Both the position numbers and the translations under genes were made by a program. This document shows positions 31,179-42,624 of a stretch of DNA of 64,000 nt, in pieces. Below the pieces are notes generated by a model. That model was not told the origin of the DNA and ran no database searches. It saw only the letters and a program-made list of their open reading frames with translations. Each line of letters starts with the position of its first letter. Position 1 is the first letter of the stretch. Source of the stretch: a virus; the IMG/VR virus record IMGVR_UViG_3300028610_002494, positions 1 to 64,000 of that record. One strand, given 5' to 3'.

Positions 31179-31661
31179 ATGAGAATAAATAAAAACAATA
31201 AAAAAGTAGAAGATATTAATATTTTTGATGAAGAAGAATCAAATATCCATCTAATACAACTAAAAGGAAAAATAATCAGAGATTGTGTTTGTCCTTTAGG
31301 AAAAATTCTTCCATGTGAAGATTGTGAGGAGTTTTATGATGGATGGGGAGTTGATACTGTAAATTATTGTAATAATCCTAATATAGTAGATGGAAAAAGT
31401 TTAAAATTATCTGTTATAAAAGGAAAAAGAGAGGAAAAGAAGAAAAGAAGGGAAAAAAGATTTAAAAATACTCCAATGGGAAGATCAAAAATTCCAGAAA
31501 GGGCTGGTGAATATGATTTATTAGATAATAGAGGAAATATAATATATTCTGGAAGAGCTAATAACTTAAAAAGGAAAATTAAGGAAGAACATTACGATAA
31601 AACAAAAATATTTTCATATATTAAAATTAGAATAGAAAAAAAGAAAAAAGAAGAAAAGTGA
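31179..31661 (+). CDS. Cys-rich protein with degenerate GIY-YIG (UvrC N-terminal-like) domain
   Basis: IPERAGEYDLLD..GNIIYSGRANNLKRKI. Confidence 0.55.
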   Translation: MRINKNNKKVEDINIFDEEESNIHLIQLKGKIIRDCVCPLGKILPCEDCEEFYDGWGVDTVNYCNNPNIVDGKSLKLSVIKGKREEKKKRREKRFKNTPMGRSKIPERAGEYDLLDNRGNIIYSGRANNLKRKIKEEHYDKTKIFSYIKIRIEKKKKEEK

Positions 31662-31975
31662 AAAACATGGAAATATATGAATGTGTTGGATGTGGAGACT
31701 ATTATTATAAAATGACAAAACAATGTCCATATTGCGATTGTACAACTCTTACAAAATTAGAAGGAACTGAAGAAGAGGTTTTAATTATAGTTCTTAGGGA
31801 AATTAATATAGAATCTGGAGTATATGAACAATTTGATTATGAATCACTTAAAGAGAAAGTAAGCAAAAAACTTGGTAATAACGATTATGGATGGATGTCA
31901 TTTGATAATGCCTTAAAGAAAGCTTGTGATAAAGGATATTTTTCAGAAATTACTTTGTATATTTCAAGTGCATAA
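31658..31975 (+). CDS. Zinc-ribbon protein
   Basis: CVGC...CPYC. Confidence 0.55.
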   Translation: MKNMEIYECVGCGDYYYKMTKQCPYCDCTTLTKLEGTEEEVLIIVLREINIESGVYEQFDYESLKEKVSKKLGNNDYGWMSFDNALKKACDKGYFSEITLYISSA

Positions 31976-32141
31976 AAAAAGATGATTAAATTATGATAAA
32001 AACAAAAAAAGGAGGAAAAGAATTATGGTAAATAAAAACAATCTTACAAAAAAGCAAAAAAAGATAAAAGAAGTCTTTAAAAATCATAAAGAACAAATGA
32101 CTTGGGATGAAATAGAAAAAATATTTAAGGATTTGTAGATA

Positions 32142-32789
32142 ATGGTAAAAATAATTAAACAGTCTTATGAAATACTTACTGATCTTGATGGATTAGTAAT
32201 TCTCAAAAATATTGAGAAAGCTGCCAGAACTTGTTATAAATCTGAACATCTTATAATAGAAGATGGTGAATCTGCTAAGAAATTAGTTAAAAACTTAGTG
32301 GAAAGAGGACATACTGCTATGTTAGAACATGGTGGAATGATTTCTGTTAAGATAATTTGTAATAGAGGACTAACCCATGAATTAGTAAGACATCGATTAT
32401 GTAGTTATGCACAAGAAAGTACAAGATACTGTGATTATTCTAAAGATAAACATGGAAATGAAATAACAGTAATTAGACCATTAAATTTTCATAGTTATAG
32501 TTCTATAGAAAAAGAAAATCAAATATATTGGGCTTGGTGTCAAGCAATGGATGCAGCTGAACAATCATATTTTAGATTAAGAAAACTTGGAGTATCACCA
32601 CAAATAGCTCGTGGTGTACTTCCAATTGATATTAAAACTGAAATCATTATTTCTACTAATCCAACAGAATGGAGACACATACTAAAACTTAGAACTTCTC
32701 CAGCTGCTCATCCACAAATAAGAGCTATTATGATTGGAATATTAAAAGATTTTAAAAATAAAATACCAATTATATTTGATGATTTATGA
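32142..32789 (+). CDS. thyX: Flavin-dependent thymidylate synthase
   Basis: AARTCY, GH..MLEH, HELVRHR-x7-S (QESTRY), ARGVLP, LR...AHPQIR. Confidence 0.95.
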   Translation: MVKIIKQSYEILTDLDGLVILKNIEKAARTCYKSEHLIIEDGESAKKLVKNLVERGHTAMLEHGGMISVKIICNRGLTHELVRHRLCSYAQESTRYCDYSKDKHGNEITVIRPLNFHSYSSIEKENQIYWAWCQAMDAAEQSYFRLRKLGVSPQIARGVLPIDIKTEIIISTNPTEWRHILKLRTSPAAHPQIRAIMIGILKDFKNKIPIIFDDL

Positions 32790-32938
32790 TAATAAGAAAG
32801 AAAGTATTAGCTTTTATGTATTGGAATAAATGTTATATGTCTAAATGTAATATATGCATTGAACGATGTAATTCTAAAACAAAAAATAAAATACTTAAAA
32901 TTTTAACTAAAATAAGAAAAGTAAACAGGTGGTAAAAA

Positions 32939-33789
32939 TTGGGAAAAATAAAAATATATCAAGGAATATATAATATAATTAGCAATAAAGCTTTTTATAG
33001 AGATGGATATTTCCATAGAGAAACAAGAAGATCTTTTTTAACATTACATAATAGATTTAAAAATTTGCTGAGTAGAAAACGTATCAAATTCTTTTTTAAG
33101 TATAATTCCTATAAGAATATTGTTTTAAGGGAATTTTATTTTACATTTGGAGAAGATTTGGAAAAAGGTATTTTCGTAATTAGTATTTGTCATCCTTTTT
33201 TTGATATGTTTGACGAAAAACTTGGTGAATCGATTGTTATTGGAAGAATCAAACGAATGCGTGGAGATGTGAAATACGAAACAAATAAACCTGTAAGAAA
33301 TATACATGGAGAAATTATTTTAGACAAAAATGGAAAACCAATAATGAAATATAGAAAAAAGTTTTATGAACCATATAATTTAGATGCTAAAGTTTTAGAT
33401 AAGAATGGAAATGAAACTGATAAATTAAAATATCCATACATAAGTAAAAATTTAAATAGAAGGATTTAGTAATCATGAAAAATAATATACATATTTTGTG
33501 GGAAGAACTGGAACTTTTTTTGGAAAATGATAAAGATTTTCAAATTATTAAAATTGAAGATGATTGTATAGAGATTAAAGCATTACATATAAGAGCTTTT
33601 CATATAAATTATATATATGGTATTATTTTAGCTCGTATAATGCCTTTAAATTGTATTTTAGAATTGGAAAGTTCTTATATTCAAGCTGATGATTTGAAAA
33701 ATGATTCATTTTCATTTGATTTAACTATTAATACCAAAAAGAACCTTTTTTATAAAGGACTTATAAAAATAACTAAAAATGATAAATAG
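32939..33789 (+). CDS. Two hypothetical genes (32939-33469, 33475-33789)
   Basis: Full-length ORFs within the operon. Confidence 0.5.
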
Positions 33790-33823
33790 AAAGATATTGA
33801 ATAAAAAATAAAAATGTATAATT

Positions 33824-34651
33824 ATGACTTTTAAAATTACAGAATATATATATTTAACAGATTTTATTCCAGAATTCAAGAGAATTAAAGAATCATTAGA
33901 TAACTATAATTTAGTTATTATAGTTGGTGATGAAGGAACTGGAAAGACAGGATTTATTAATAATTATTTTAGTAATTTTAATGATTTTTTAATTAATAGA
34001 GTAGATTCAAATACACCAAAATTTCAAATTTTAAGCTATTTAAGGAACAAAAATATTTTTTATAAGAAAAAAGTATTAATTTATGATGATATAATGATTA
34101 AAAGCGATTTATTAACTGAAATAAGTAAATATATTCATCCAACAAGATCTGATAAAAAAATAGTTATAATAGTTAATAAGTTAAAATGGAATCCAATAAA
34201 GTATATAATTCATAATACACGATATCCAACAAAACAAGAAGTATTCAGATATATAAATGGTTATATGTTTAATATGGTTAGAAGAGAACATCAAGAACCA
34301 TTTGAGAACCCTGAACAACTAAGAAAAGATATATTGAAAATGGATATATACAATATGAGAAGAATACAATTTGCATTGGAAGATGGATTTTTAACACAAG
34401 AAATTAAAACTGATGAGAAAAAGTTCAATATTACAAAAATGAATCCTTATATGATTTCATTTTATATGGCAGAAAATTTATCAAATTTAAGAAGGATTAA
34501 AGATAATATAATTGATGCTGATAAGTTAAAGTACGTTAATGATCATTTTTATTTAGATTTCATTAAATTACATTATCCAAATATCGATAAAAAAAGGTTA
34601 AGATATCCAAAACAATTATTAGAAATAATAAAAAAAGGTAAAAAAGAATGA
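33824..34651 (+). CDS. Divergent AAA+ protein, RFC large-subunit-like
   Basis: GDEGTGKT, KKVLIYDD, IVIIVN; replication context with an RFC small subunit nearby. Confidence 0.55.
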   Translation: MTFKITEYIYLTDFIPEFKRIKESLDNYNLVIIVGDEGTGKTGFINNYFSNFNDFLINRVDSNTPKFQILSYLRNKNIFYKKKVLIYDDIMIKSDLLTEISKYIHPTRSDKKIVIIVNKLKWNPIKYIIHNTRYPTKQEVFRYINGYMFNMVRREHQEPFENPEQLRKDILKMDIYNMRRIQFALEDGFLTQEIKTDEKKFNITKMNPYMISFYMAENLSNLRRIKDNIIDADKLKYVNDHFYLDFIKLHYPNIDKKRLRYPKQLLEIIKKGKKE

Positions 34652-35262
34652 GTGAAACTACAGTTTTAATTATAATTTTTATAATCACCTTAATTCTTGA
34701 TAATGAATATCTAAAAAGAAAATTCCGTAGGATTAGAAGAAAATGCATATATTGTGGATATAGTAGAGATGATGAAGCAGATCAATGGAAACAACATTCA
34801 AGTTGTAAGTCGTTAATTCATTGTCAGGTATGTAGTGAGAAGAAGTATCAAAAGAATTGGAAGTTGATGAATAAAAAAAAGATAGAAAATATTTTTAATG
34901 AAACTGAATGTCTTACTGAAGGTTGTAATGGAGAATTTAAAATAATAATGTGGCGTTCTCGTTATAAATGTTTAAAATGTGGAGATAGTAGATCACTCTC
35001 GGATATTGGATTAGAAACCTAAAAAAACAGAGAAAATGTTTTAAAATGAAATTAAAAAAATTATATAAAAAATTAGAAAAAAAATTTGATAAATATTATA
35101 AACGATCCTTTCGTTTTAATGGAAGTATTAGGGAATTTACTTTTGATCCTTATCTTGGATTAAAAAATGATGTTCATCAAGAAATAATTGTTAAGTTAAT
35201 ATCTAATAAAGAAGATTTAAGAAAATTTATAAAAGATATGGAGAAAAAGAGGTAAATTAAAA

Positions 35263-36696
35263 ATGGAAACAAGATATCATTTTAAACATGATACAATTTA
35301 TTGTGGAGATAATTTAAGGGTTTTAAAATACTTTCCAGATGAGTGTGTAGATTTAATTTATATAGATCCACCATTCTTTAGTGGAAAGAATTATGATTTA
35401 GTATTTGGAGATAAATATGCAATTAGAGCATTTCAAGATACTTTTGAAGGAAAGAAAGAAACATATCTTTCGTTTATGGAAGACAGAATACGACATTTAC
35501 ATAGAATCTTAAAACCTACAGGAAGTTTTTATTTACATTGTGATCATCATGCATCTCATTATCTAAAGGTAATATGTGATGCAATATTTAATAAAGAAAA
35601 TTTTAAAGCTGATATAATATGGAAAAGAACGATTCAAGTGAAAAATGTAAAGAAAAATTATAGTAGGAATATAGATTATATATTATTTTATACTAAAAGT
35701 AATTCTTATACATTTAATACACAATATACACCACTAAGAAAAGAACAAATAAAAAAATATTATAATAATATAGAAAAAGAAACTGGTAGAAGATATAATC
35801 ATTCAGGATTAACAAGAAAAGGAAGTGGGATTAATAAATTAAAATTTCATGATAAAGGAACTATATCCACTCCTCTTGGTGTGTCTTTTGGTTGGTCTCA
35901 AGAAACATATGAAAAAGAATATAAAAAAAATCCACTCTGTATTCACTGGTCAAAAAATAATAAACCTCGAAAAAAGATATATTTAGATGAACATAAAGGT
36001 ATTCCTTTAACTATTTTATGGGATGATATACCAGAACTGCCAACAAATAGTAGTGAGAGACTTGGTTATCCAACACAAAAACCTGAAGCTTTATTAGAGA
36101 GAATCATTAAAGCAAGTTCAAATGAAAAAGATATAATTCTTGATTCTTTTTGTGGTTGTGGAACAAGTTTGGTTGTTGCAGAAAAACTAAATAGAAAATG
36201 GATTGGAATAGATGTTTCACCAATTGGTTGCACTGTTATGGCAAAAAGAATAGGATACCAACTAAAAAATATACAGGGAATGAAATATTCATTAAAACAA
36301 GCAAAAGAGTTAGATTGGATGGATTTCCAAAAATGGACAATTAAATCAATAGATGGAATTCCTCTAACAAAGAAAGGAGCAGATAAAGGAATAGATGGTT
36401 GGCAAAACAACAATAAATTCAATGAAAGTGTTCCAGTTGAAGTAAAACAACATAAAATAAACTATAATGATGTATTAAAGCTTAATTCTGTTATTGAAAG
36501 AGAAAAGAAGAAAGGTGGGTTTATGATTGCTTTTGAAATAACTAAACCTGCTTCAATAGAAATAAAAAGATTAAAAAGAACAACTAAAAGAGATATTGTA
36601 TTCATTAGTTTTGATGATTTATTTAATAGAGAAACCTTGTTAAAAAAAGGTGCTATTAAACCAACAATGTTAGAAAGACATTTTAAAGTAAAATAA
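35263..36696 (+). CDS. N6A/N4C DNA methyltransferase (beta class) fused to Mrr-like endonuclease domain
   Basis: YIDPPF, YPTQKPEALLERII, DSFCGCGT; C-terminal GADKGIDG...VEVK. Confidence 0.9.
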   Translation: METRYHFKHDTIYCGDNLRVLKYFPDECVDLIYIDPPFFSGKNYDLVFGDKYAIRAFQDTFEGKKETYLSFMEDRIRHLHRILKPTGSFYLHCDHHASHYLKVICDAIFNKENFKADIIWKRTIQVKNVKKNYSRNIDYILFYTKSNSYTFNTQYTPLRKEQIKKYYNNIEKETGRRYNHSGLTRKGSGINKLKFHDKGTISTPLGVSFGWSQETYEKEYKKNPLCIHWSKNNKPRKKIYLDEHKGIPLTILWDDIPELPTNSSERLGYPTQKPEALLERIIKASSNEKDIILDSFCGCGTSLVVAEKLNRKWIGIDVSPIGCTVMAKRIGYQLKNIQGMKYSLKQAKELDWMDFQKWTIKSIDGIPLTKKGADKGIDGWQNNNKFNESVPVEVKQHKINYNDVLKLNSVIEREKKKGGFMIAFEITKPASIEIKRLKRTTKRDIVFISFDDLFNRETLLKKGAIKPTMLERHFKVK

Positions 36697-36865
36697 AAGA
36701 GGTAAACTAAATAATGGAAGCTTGTATTAAATGTTCTAAACAACAAGAAGAAAAGGTATTAAAACAAATCAAAAAAGAATTACTTGGTTTCTTAAAAAAA
36801 CCAAATAGCTATAAAATACACTATAATCCATTTAATGGACTTTATAGATTAGAAAAGGTGAAACA

Positions 36866-38068
36866 ATGAAAATTCCAGATAAATGTAAAGAATGTATGCA
36901 TAGGATTAATGATTTCTGTAAAGGTTATGGATTTAAACTTGAAGTCCTTAGTGTAGAAAACTGTAAAAGAAGAAAAACTGAAAAACAAACTAAAAAAAAA
37001 ATTGTTAAACATGCACGTGCTCGTTATCGTAATAGTAAAATAGGATTTGCTGGAAATAATAGTAATTATATGGGATGATAATCATGGCAGAAGAATTCGC
37101 AGATATTTTAGATGATATCAAAAGAAAACCAATGGAAGAAAGAATACAGGCTTTAGGAAGTATAGTTGAAAAATTAATTCAAACAATATTAAATGTCTCA
37201 AATAATACAGAAATAATGTTAAACTCTTTTAGAAATGAAATTGATATTTTAAAACAACAAATTAAAGTAATGAGAGTATCACAAACTAATATTGATATAA
37301 AACAATTAAAACTTAAACCACCAGAACCATTACAACCATCACAATTTACACCTAAACCAACTCCACCAATACCAACACGAAGTATGCTTGTTGGTGAATT
37401 AAATGAATTATTTAAAGCTAATAAGAAAAAAGAGAATAAATAAAATGATAACAACTAAGAATAATATTCCAGTAGCAACTGATTTTGTAAGAATAGTTCA
37501 CGGAGGAAGAGGAGATTTTGTGGAATTCACAAAAAAACAAATGATATTAATGAATATTAGTATTCCATACATTACGAAATGGAGATTATCCAAAAGATGG
37601 AAAGATAAAATTTATTATATTGAATATAGAACTAAAGATAATATTATGGTTTATTATCAAAAAAGATTAGTTAAATATGCTGATTATAAACTAAATCATT
37701 TTTATATAGCTTTAGAAGATTTAAAAATAACATAAGGAGAAAAATAAAAAATGAATGAAAAAAGAAAAATAAAATTTAGAAAATTTAGTGATGAATATAA
37801 TATTAAAACATCTAAAGACTTTGAAAAACGAGAATATATACATAAAATAACAGAAAGATATTTTATTCCCACTTTTATAATATGTTTGTTATTATTATGT
37901 ATAGGATTGGTACTTTTATTAGATTGGTTAGTGGTTGTTGTATTAATATTATCTTCAATATCTATTATAATTTTAGCAATTAGTCTTATATATTCTATTA
38001 TAAATATGAATAAAAGTAAGAAAAAATGGAAAGAATATACGAAAAAAATAGAAAGCTTAAAGGTGTAA
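36866..38068 (+). CDS. Four hypothetical genes (Cys-rich 36866; coiled-coil/Pro-rich 37075; ~37445-37735; two-TM 37751)
   Basis: Packed ORFs. Confidence 0.45.
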
Positions 38069-38070
38069 AA

Positions 38071-39048
38071 ATGAGTAAAAGATTAACAAAAAGTTTTTTG
38101 GAAAAATATAGACCAAGAGTTAGGAAAGATATAGCTGGTAATTCTGTAGTTTTAGAAAGAATATTTAGCCAAATCGATCAAGGAACACTTGTGAATATGA
38201 TTCTCACAGGAGATTCTGGGTTAGGAAAAACTACAACAGCTGAAATTATAGCCAAAAAAATTATTGGAAAAGAACATTATTATACAGACTGTGTAATTTT
38301 CAATTGTAGTGATAAAACTGGTGTTAATAACATAAGAACTGAAATCATATCATTAGAAAAACTGAGACCACCAAGTGGCATAAGAATTTTTTTAATGGAA
38401 GAAAGTGAACAACTCAGTAAAAAAGCACAATTTGCACTTAAGAAAGCAATGGAATATCCTTATGATAAATCTAATAGGTTTATATTCTTAAGTAATAATA
38501 TAACTAAATTTATTCCAGCAATTAAAGACAGGTGTAGAATATATAATTATATGGCAATAAAACCAGATGAAATGTTTCCAAGACTTAAATATATTGTAGA
38601 ACAAGAAGAAATTGATATTTCTGGTAAATTATTACATACACTTGCTGAACTTTCAAATGGAAGTATGAGATATCCTATAATACAACTCGAGGAATTTAAA
38701 GCATTAAATAGAAAAATAATTGAAAAAGATATACAATTAGAAGAAAGTCTTGAAACAATTAAAATCATATTTAGTTTACTTAAATCAAGAAAAATTCCAC
38801 CTGCAAGGAATAAAATACTGGATTTATATCAAGATGGAAGTAATTTTAATAACATAATTAAGTATTTCCACGATTTTACGATGATGTCTTTAGGAAATAA
38901 CCTAAATTATAAATCTAAAGCAAAATGTTTGATTAAAATAGCTAAAACAGAACGAAATGTTAAGGAAGGATGTAATGAATTTATCCAAATAAGCTTTTTA
39001 TTATCAAATATAAGCATATTATTACAAAAAACAAAAACAGGTAATTAG
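38071..39048 (+). CDS. rfcS: Replication factor C small subunit (clamp loader)
   Basis: FLEKYRP, GDSGLGKTT, FNCSD.TG, EESEQL (variant Walker B), AQFAL, IKDRC; ATG follows the aggtg RBS. Confidence 0.88.
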   Translation: MSKRLTKSFLEKYRPRVRKDIAGNSVVLERIFSQIDQGTLVNMILTGDSGLGKTTTAEIIAKKIIGKEHYYTDCVIFNCSDKTGVNNIRTEIISLEKLRPPSGIRIFLMEESEQLSKKAQFALKKAMEYPYDKSNRFIFLSNNITKFIPAIKDRCRIYNYMAIKPDEMFPRLKYIVEQEEIDISGKLLHTLAELSNGSMRYPIIQLEEFKALNRKIIEKDIQLEESLETIKIIFSLLKSRKIPPARNKILDLYQDGSNFNNIIKYFHDFTMMSLGNNLNYKSKAKCLIKIAKTERNVKEGCNEFIQISFLLSNISILLQKTKTGN

Positions 39049-39585
39049 ATGTCAAAAAAGAATAAAAAAAATAAGAAATCATTTACGAATTTCTTTAGAG
39101 AAGGTAAAAATAAGAAATCATTTACGAATTTCTTTAGAGAAGGTATTTCTTGTGTTTTAGGTATTCCATCTGATGAAATAACTGATGAAAGTATCTATGA
39201 AAGTATAAAATCAATCAAAGAAATAAAATTTGATGTAAAAAGGATAAAAAGGAAGACAATTAAATGTGAAAATTGTTATAGTGATTTACTTGAGGATATT
39301 TCTAATATAGAAGATTTAGATTATAGAGGTGAAATGTTTAACGAATTCTGCCAAAAACTTCAAGAAATTACGAAAATAGAAACAACAATAGAAATGCTAA
39401 GAAATTGGAGAAAAGCTTTTAATAAAAAACAACAAGAAGACTCAATAATACCAAGAAAATGTTGTGAATGTAGTAATGAAAACAATATAACAAGAATACC
39501 ACAATGTTATGCTGGTAATTATAGAGGTTATGGAATTAAATATAAATGTGATGATTTTAAACCGAAGGTGATTAAGGATACCTAA
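39049..39585 (+). CDS. Hypothetical Cys-containing protein with duplicated N-terminal peptide
   Basis: KNKKSFTNFFREG twice. Confidence 0.55.
   Translation: MSKKNKKNKKSFTNFFREGKNKKSFTNFFREGISCVLGIPSDEITDESIYESIKSIKEIKFDVKRIKRKTIKCENCYSDLLEDISNIEDLDYRGEMFNEFCQKLQEITKIETTIEMLRNWRKAFNKKQQEDSIIPRKCCECSNENNITRIPQCYAGNYRGYGIKYKCDDFKPKVIKDT
39067..39144 (+). repeat. Perfect 39-bp tandem duplication
   Basis: aaaaataagaaatcatttacgaatttctttagagaaggt at 39067 and 39106. Confidence 0.95.
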
Positions 39586-39772
39586 TTTAGATGATGTATT
39601 ATCTGATTTATATAGGTTTAAAAAATCATTAGAAAATAGTATAAAATTTATAGACAAACTCATAAAACTATTTGGTTCTTGGAGTACTGCTGTTGATATG
39701 GGTTGCGAACAAGAAACAACTATGAATGATATTTTAGATACAATACATAATGTTTTAATAAAAGGTAAATAA
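39578..39772 (+). CDS. 64-aa hypothetical protein with ATA start (not in ORF track)
   Basis: GGTGA RBS; in-frame TGA just upstream of ATA; fills the gap up to the next gene. Confidence 0.5.
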   Translation: MPNLDDVLSDLYRFKKSLENSIKFIDKLIKLFGSWSTAVDMGCEQETTMNDILDTIHNVLIKGK

Positions 39773-39773
39773 A

Positions 39774-40410
39774 ATGAAAATTGAAAAAAAATTCTGCCCA
39801 ATATGTAATAATGAATTAGCAACTATTTGTATATATTGGTGTTATAAATGTAAAAAATGGTTTGAAGATATTGACTTTCTTGATCCAGAAATAAAATTTG
39901 ATGAAGATTGTAAAAAATGTAGTTGGCTTGCTGAAACTGGTTTTGAAAAGAATAATTTAACTATGTTTGTTTGTAATAGTTTAAAATCAAAAAGAAAAAT
40001 GGAAAAAATTAGAGATTTTAGAAGATGTAAAGAATTTGATGGTGAATAAATTGGCAAAAAAGAAAAAAGTAGAAAAAATATTAATCCTAAAAGGAGAATT
40101 ATTAGAAATAGTAGTATTATATAATACATTGAATGAACAGAAGAAAGATGCAGAAGATGATATGAAACCTATAAAAAAACAAATAATAGAAATATTAAAT
40201 AAAGTAAATATGACAAAAGGTAAAAGTCAAATTTACACCTTAAATTTATCTCACATTGAACAAGAAAAACTTTCAGAAAAAAAACTAAAAGAAGAATTAT
40301 TTGCACTTGAAGACCAAAAAATAAAGGAAATATGGAAAAGATGTTTATACAAAATTAAATATGACAGACTAACAGTCAAAAAAAGAAAAGGTGGTGAAAA
40401 CATCTTTTAA
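39774..40410 (+). CDS. Cys-rich protein (39774-40049) and coiled-coil protein (40036-40410)
   Basis: CxxC motifs; overlapping ORFs. Confidence 0.5.
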
Positions 40411-40442
40411 TGGATTCATCTAAAATCCATTATTTTTATTTT

Positions 40443-40516
40443 TTTATTGTTTATATAAACCTTGTTTATAAAAATCTTACCTGAAATGCACAAATAAGGT
40501 TTATATAAACAATAAA
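40443..40516. repeat. Perfect 21-bp inverted repeat with 32-bp spacer containing TTTATATAAA
   Basis: tttattgtttatataaacctt (40443-40463) / aaggtttatataaacaataaa (40496-40516). Confidence 0.85.
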
Positions 40517-40799
40517 TTTAAATAAAACAAAAATAACTTAATCTTACTAAAAAAAAGTTAATTTAAATAAAAAAAAGTTAAAAAGAGGCTAAAAATAATG
40601 ACAGAAGAAATTCTAACAGTGAAAGAAGTTGTATTAAAATTGAGAAATTCTAAATATAGATATCTCAAAATTACTGAAAACCATTTTAATGAAATTTCAC
40701 GTGGTGATACTGCTGAAGTTATAAGAAGAGAAACTGATGACTATTTAGATTTAATATATAGATTCAAAAAACAAAAAACAACAAAAAAGGTAAAATAAA

Positions 40800-42593
40800 A
40801 TGGCAAAAAAACCAGTTAAAAAAAATGTGATACCACAAGAAATTCTTACTAAATTAAAAAGAGTTAAAACAAAATTTTTTAAAGAAGATACTCTTAAAGT
40901 TGTAAAAGAAGCATATTTAGAAATATATAAAGAAGATAAATTAGAACATAAAAATAAAAAATGGAGTAATCTAATATTCCATAAACGAGCACTTACCAAA
41001 TTAAAAAACAGGAAAAAATCTGAAAAACTTGGTGGAGCAATTGATAAATATTATATGATTGTTTTTGGTGCTTCAAATGTAAGAGATCTAAGTCAAAATA
41101 GAAGAAATAATATAATAGATCTTTGGGATGCTGATCCACAAAAAGCTATGTCTGATGGTCTTATTATGTTTATAAAAGAAACAAATCCTAAAACTGGAGA
41201 AATTGAAAAAGTACCAATATTAGATGATACAGGTGGTATCATACCGAGAGATAATGTAGAATTCGGTAAAAGAAAAAATGGAACTAAATTTAAAAATCCA
41301 AATCATGATCACGCAATTGCTCATGCTTATAGGAGAAATGTTATTGGTGCTTGTTCTAATTTACAAGGAGTAAAAGGAGTTTTTATACATGAACTAAGAG
41401 ATAAATCTGCAACTGATTTGGATATTCCAATGAATACTTTGGTAAAATCTTCTGGTAAAACATTAGGTACTGAAGTTATTACATTAGACAAAAATATATA
41501 TATCGATAGAGAGTTATTGGAAGAAATGATTACAAACTTAGAAGATGATATTGAACAAGGAATCATAACTGAAGAATATGCAAATGAAATGAAAAAACAT
41601 TATATCAACTTACTATTGATTACAAAGAAAAAGAAGAAAGAAGAAGATGATGAAGAAGAGGAAGAAGATGAAGTAAAACACGAAGAAATAGAAACCACAC
41701 TATTTAAACTTAGAAGTACAAAAGGGACAGCATTTATTAAAGTAGAAAATGAAAAAGAATTTGAAATTGCTGATTTTCCTATGAGAGATCATATGCAACC
41801 TAATATTAATCTAATATATAAAAAGTATTTCTATCCATTCACATCTGATTGTTCTAATTTACTAAACTACCACGAAGATCATAGATTTATTGATGGTGAT
41901 CCTGAACAAATTAATTGGGATGAATTTGTAAGTTTACAAGACGTTAATCTAATTCAAATTAACATGGAAGCATCCATAGCAGGAAACTATACCTTATTTG
42001 TAGAAGATGAATCTTTATTTAATAAAGATATAATTCATTTAGATGAAGACATTGATGCAATAAAACTATTAGTTCCAAGTCATGTTGATCTAAATTTTGC
42101 ACAAGACAGTAAACTAAATATTATAGGTTCACCAGTTCAATTCCAAGCACAAGATGATGAAAGAAAAGAATTATGGGAAACCAAACTAAACGAAGAAGGA
42201 GAACCTGAATTAGATAAAAATGGTAAAGAAATTAAAATTCCTGTATTTGCTTTCCCTATAATTATGATTCAAGGTATCTTTCCAATACCAGAATATATGA
42301 TTAAAGTAGATACTCTTGACTTAACTCTTGATGACGAAGTTAATGTTGACACTATATTTGAAGATTCAGATAAAAAACCTAAAGTTTCAGATGAAATTGA
42401 AGAAATACCTGAAGTAATAGATGAGCTGGAAAAACTTGAAAAAGAAGTGGAATCTGAAATAATAGAAAAAAAACCAGCGAAAAAAACCACAAAGAAACCA
42501 GCGAAAAAAACCACAAAGAAACCAATAGAAGAAACTGAAGAAACTGAAGAAATTAGTGATGAAGATGAATTTGAAGACAAAGAAATATGGTAA
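40800..42593 (+). CDS. Putative single-stranded DNA-binding protein (OB-fold-like) with acidic tail
   Basis: Beta-rich core; long acidic C-terminus ending in W; KKPAKKTT repeats; sits next to the recombinase-like ATPase and clamp. Fold is inferred. Confidence 0.45.
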   Translation: MAKKPVKKNVIPQEILTKLKRVKTKFFKEDTLKVVKEAYLEIYKEDKLEHKNKKWSNLIFHKRALTKLKNRKKSEKLGGAIDKYYMIVFGASNVRDLSQNRRNNIIDLWDADPQKAMSDGLIMFIKETNPKTGEIEKVPILDDTGGIIPRDNVEFGKRKNGTKFKNPNHDHAIAHAYRRNVIGACSNLQGVKGVFIHELRDKSATDLDIPMNTLVKSSGKTLGTEVITLDKNIYIDRELLEEMITNLEDDIEQGIITEEYANEMKKHYINLLLITKKKKKEEDDEEEEEDEVKHEEIETTLFKLRSTKGTAFIKVENEKEFEIADFPMRDHMQPNINLIYKKYFYPFTSDCSNLLNYHEDHRFIDGDPEQINWDEFVSLQDVNLIQINMEASIAGNYTLFVEDESLFNKDIIHLDEDIDAIKLLVPSHVDLNFAQDSKLNIIGSPVQFQAQDDERKELWETKLNEEGEPELDKNGKEIKIPVFAFPIIMIQGIFPIPEYMIKVDTLDLTLDDEVNVDTIFEDSDKKPKVSDEIEEIPEVIDELEKLEKEVESEIIEKKPAKKTTKKPAKKTTKKPIEETEETEEISDEDEFEDKEIW

Positions 42594-42624
42594 ATTATTA
42601 AAAAACATAAAAAGGTAAGCGAAA

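Noticed and set aside
42468-42524. 24-bp repeat encoding KKPAKKTT
   Set aside because: Ordinary low-complexity linker duplication.
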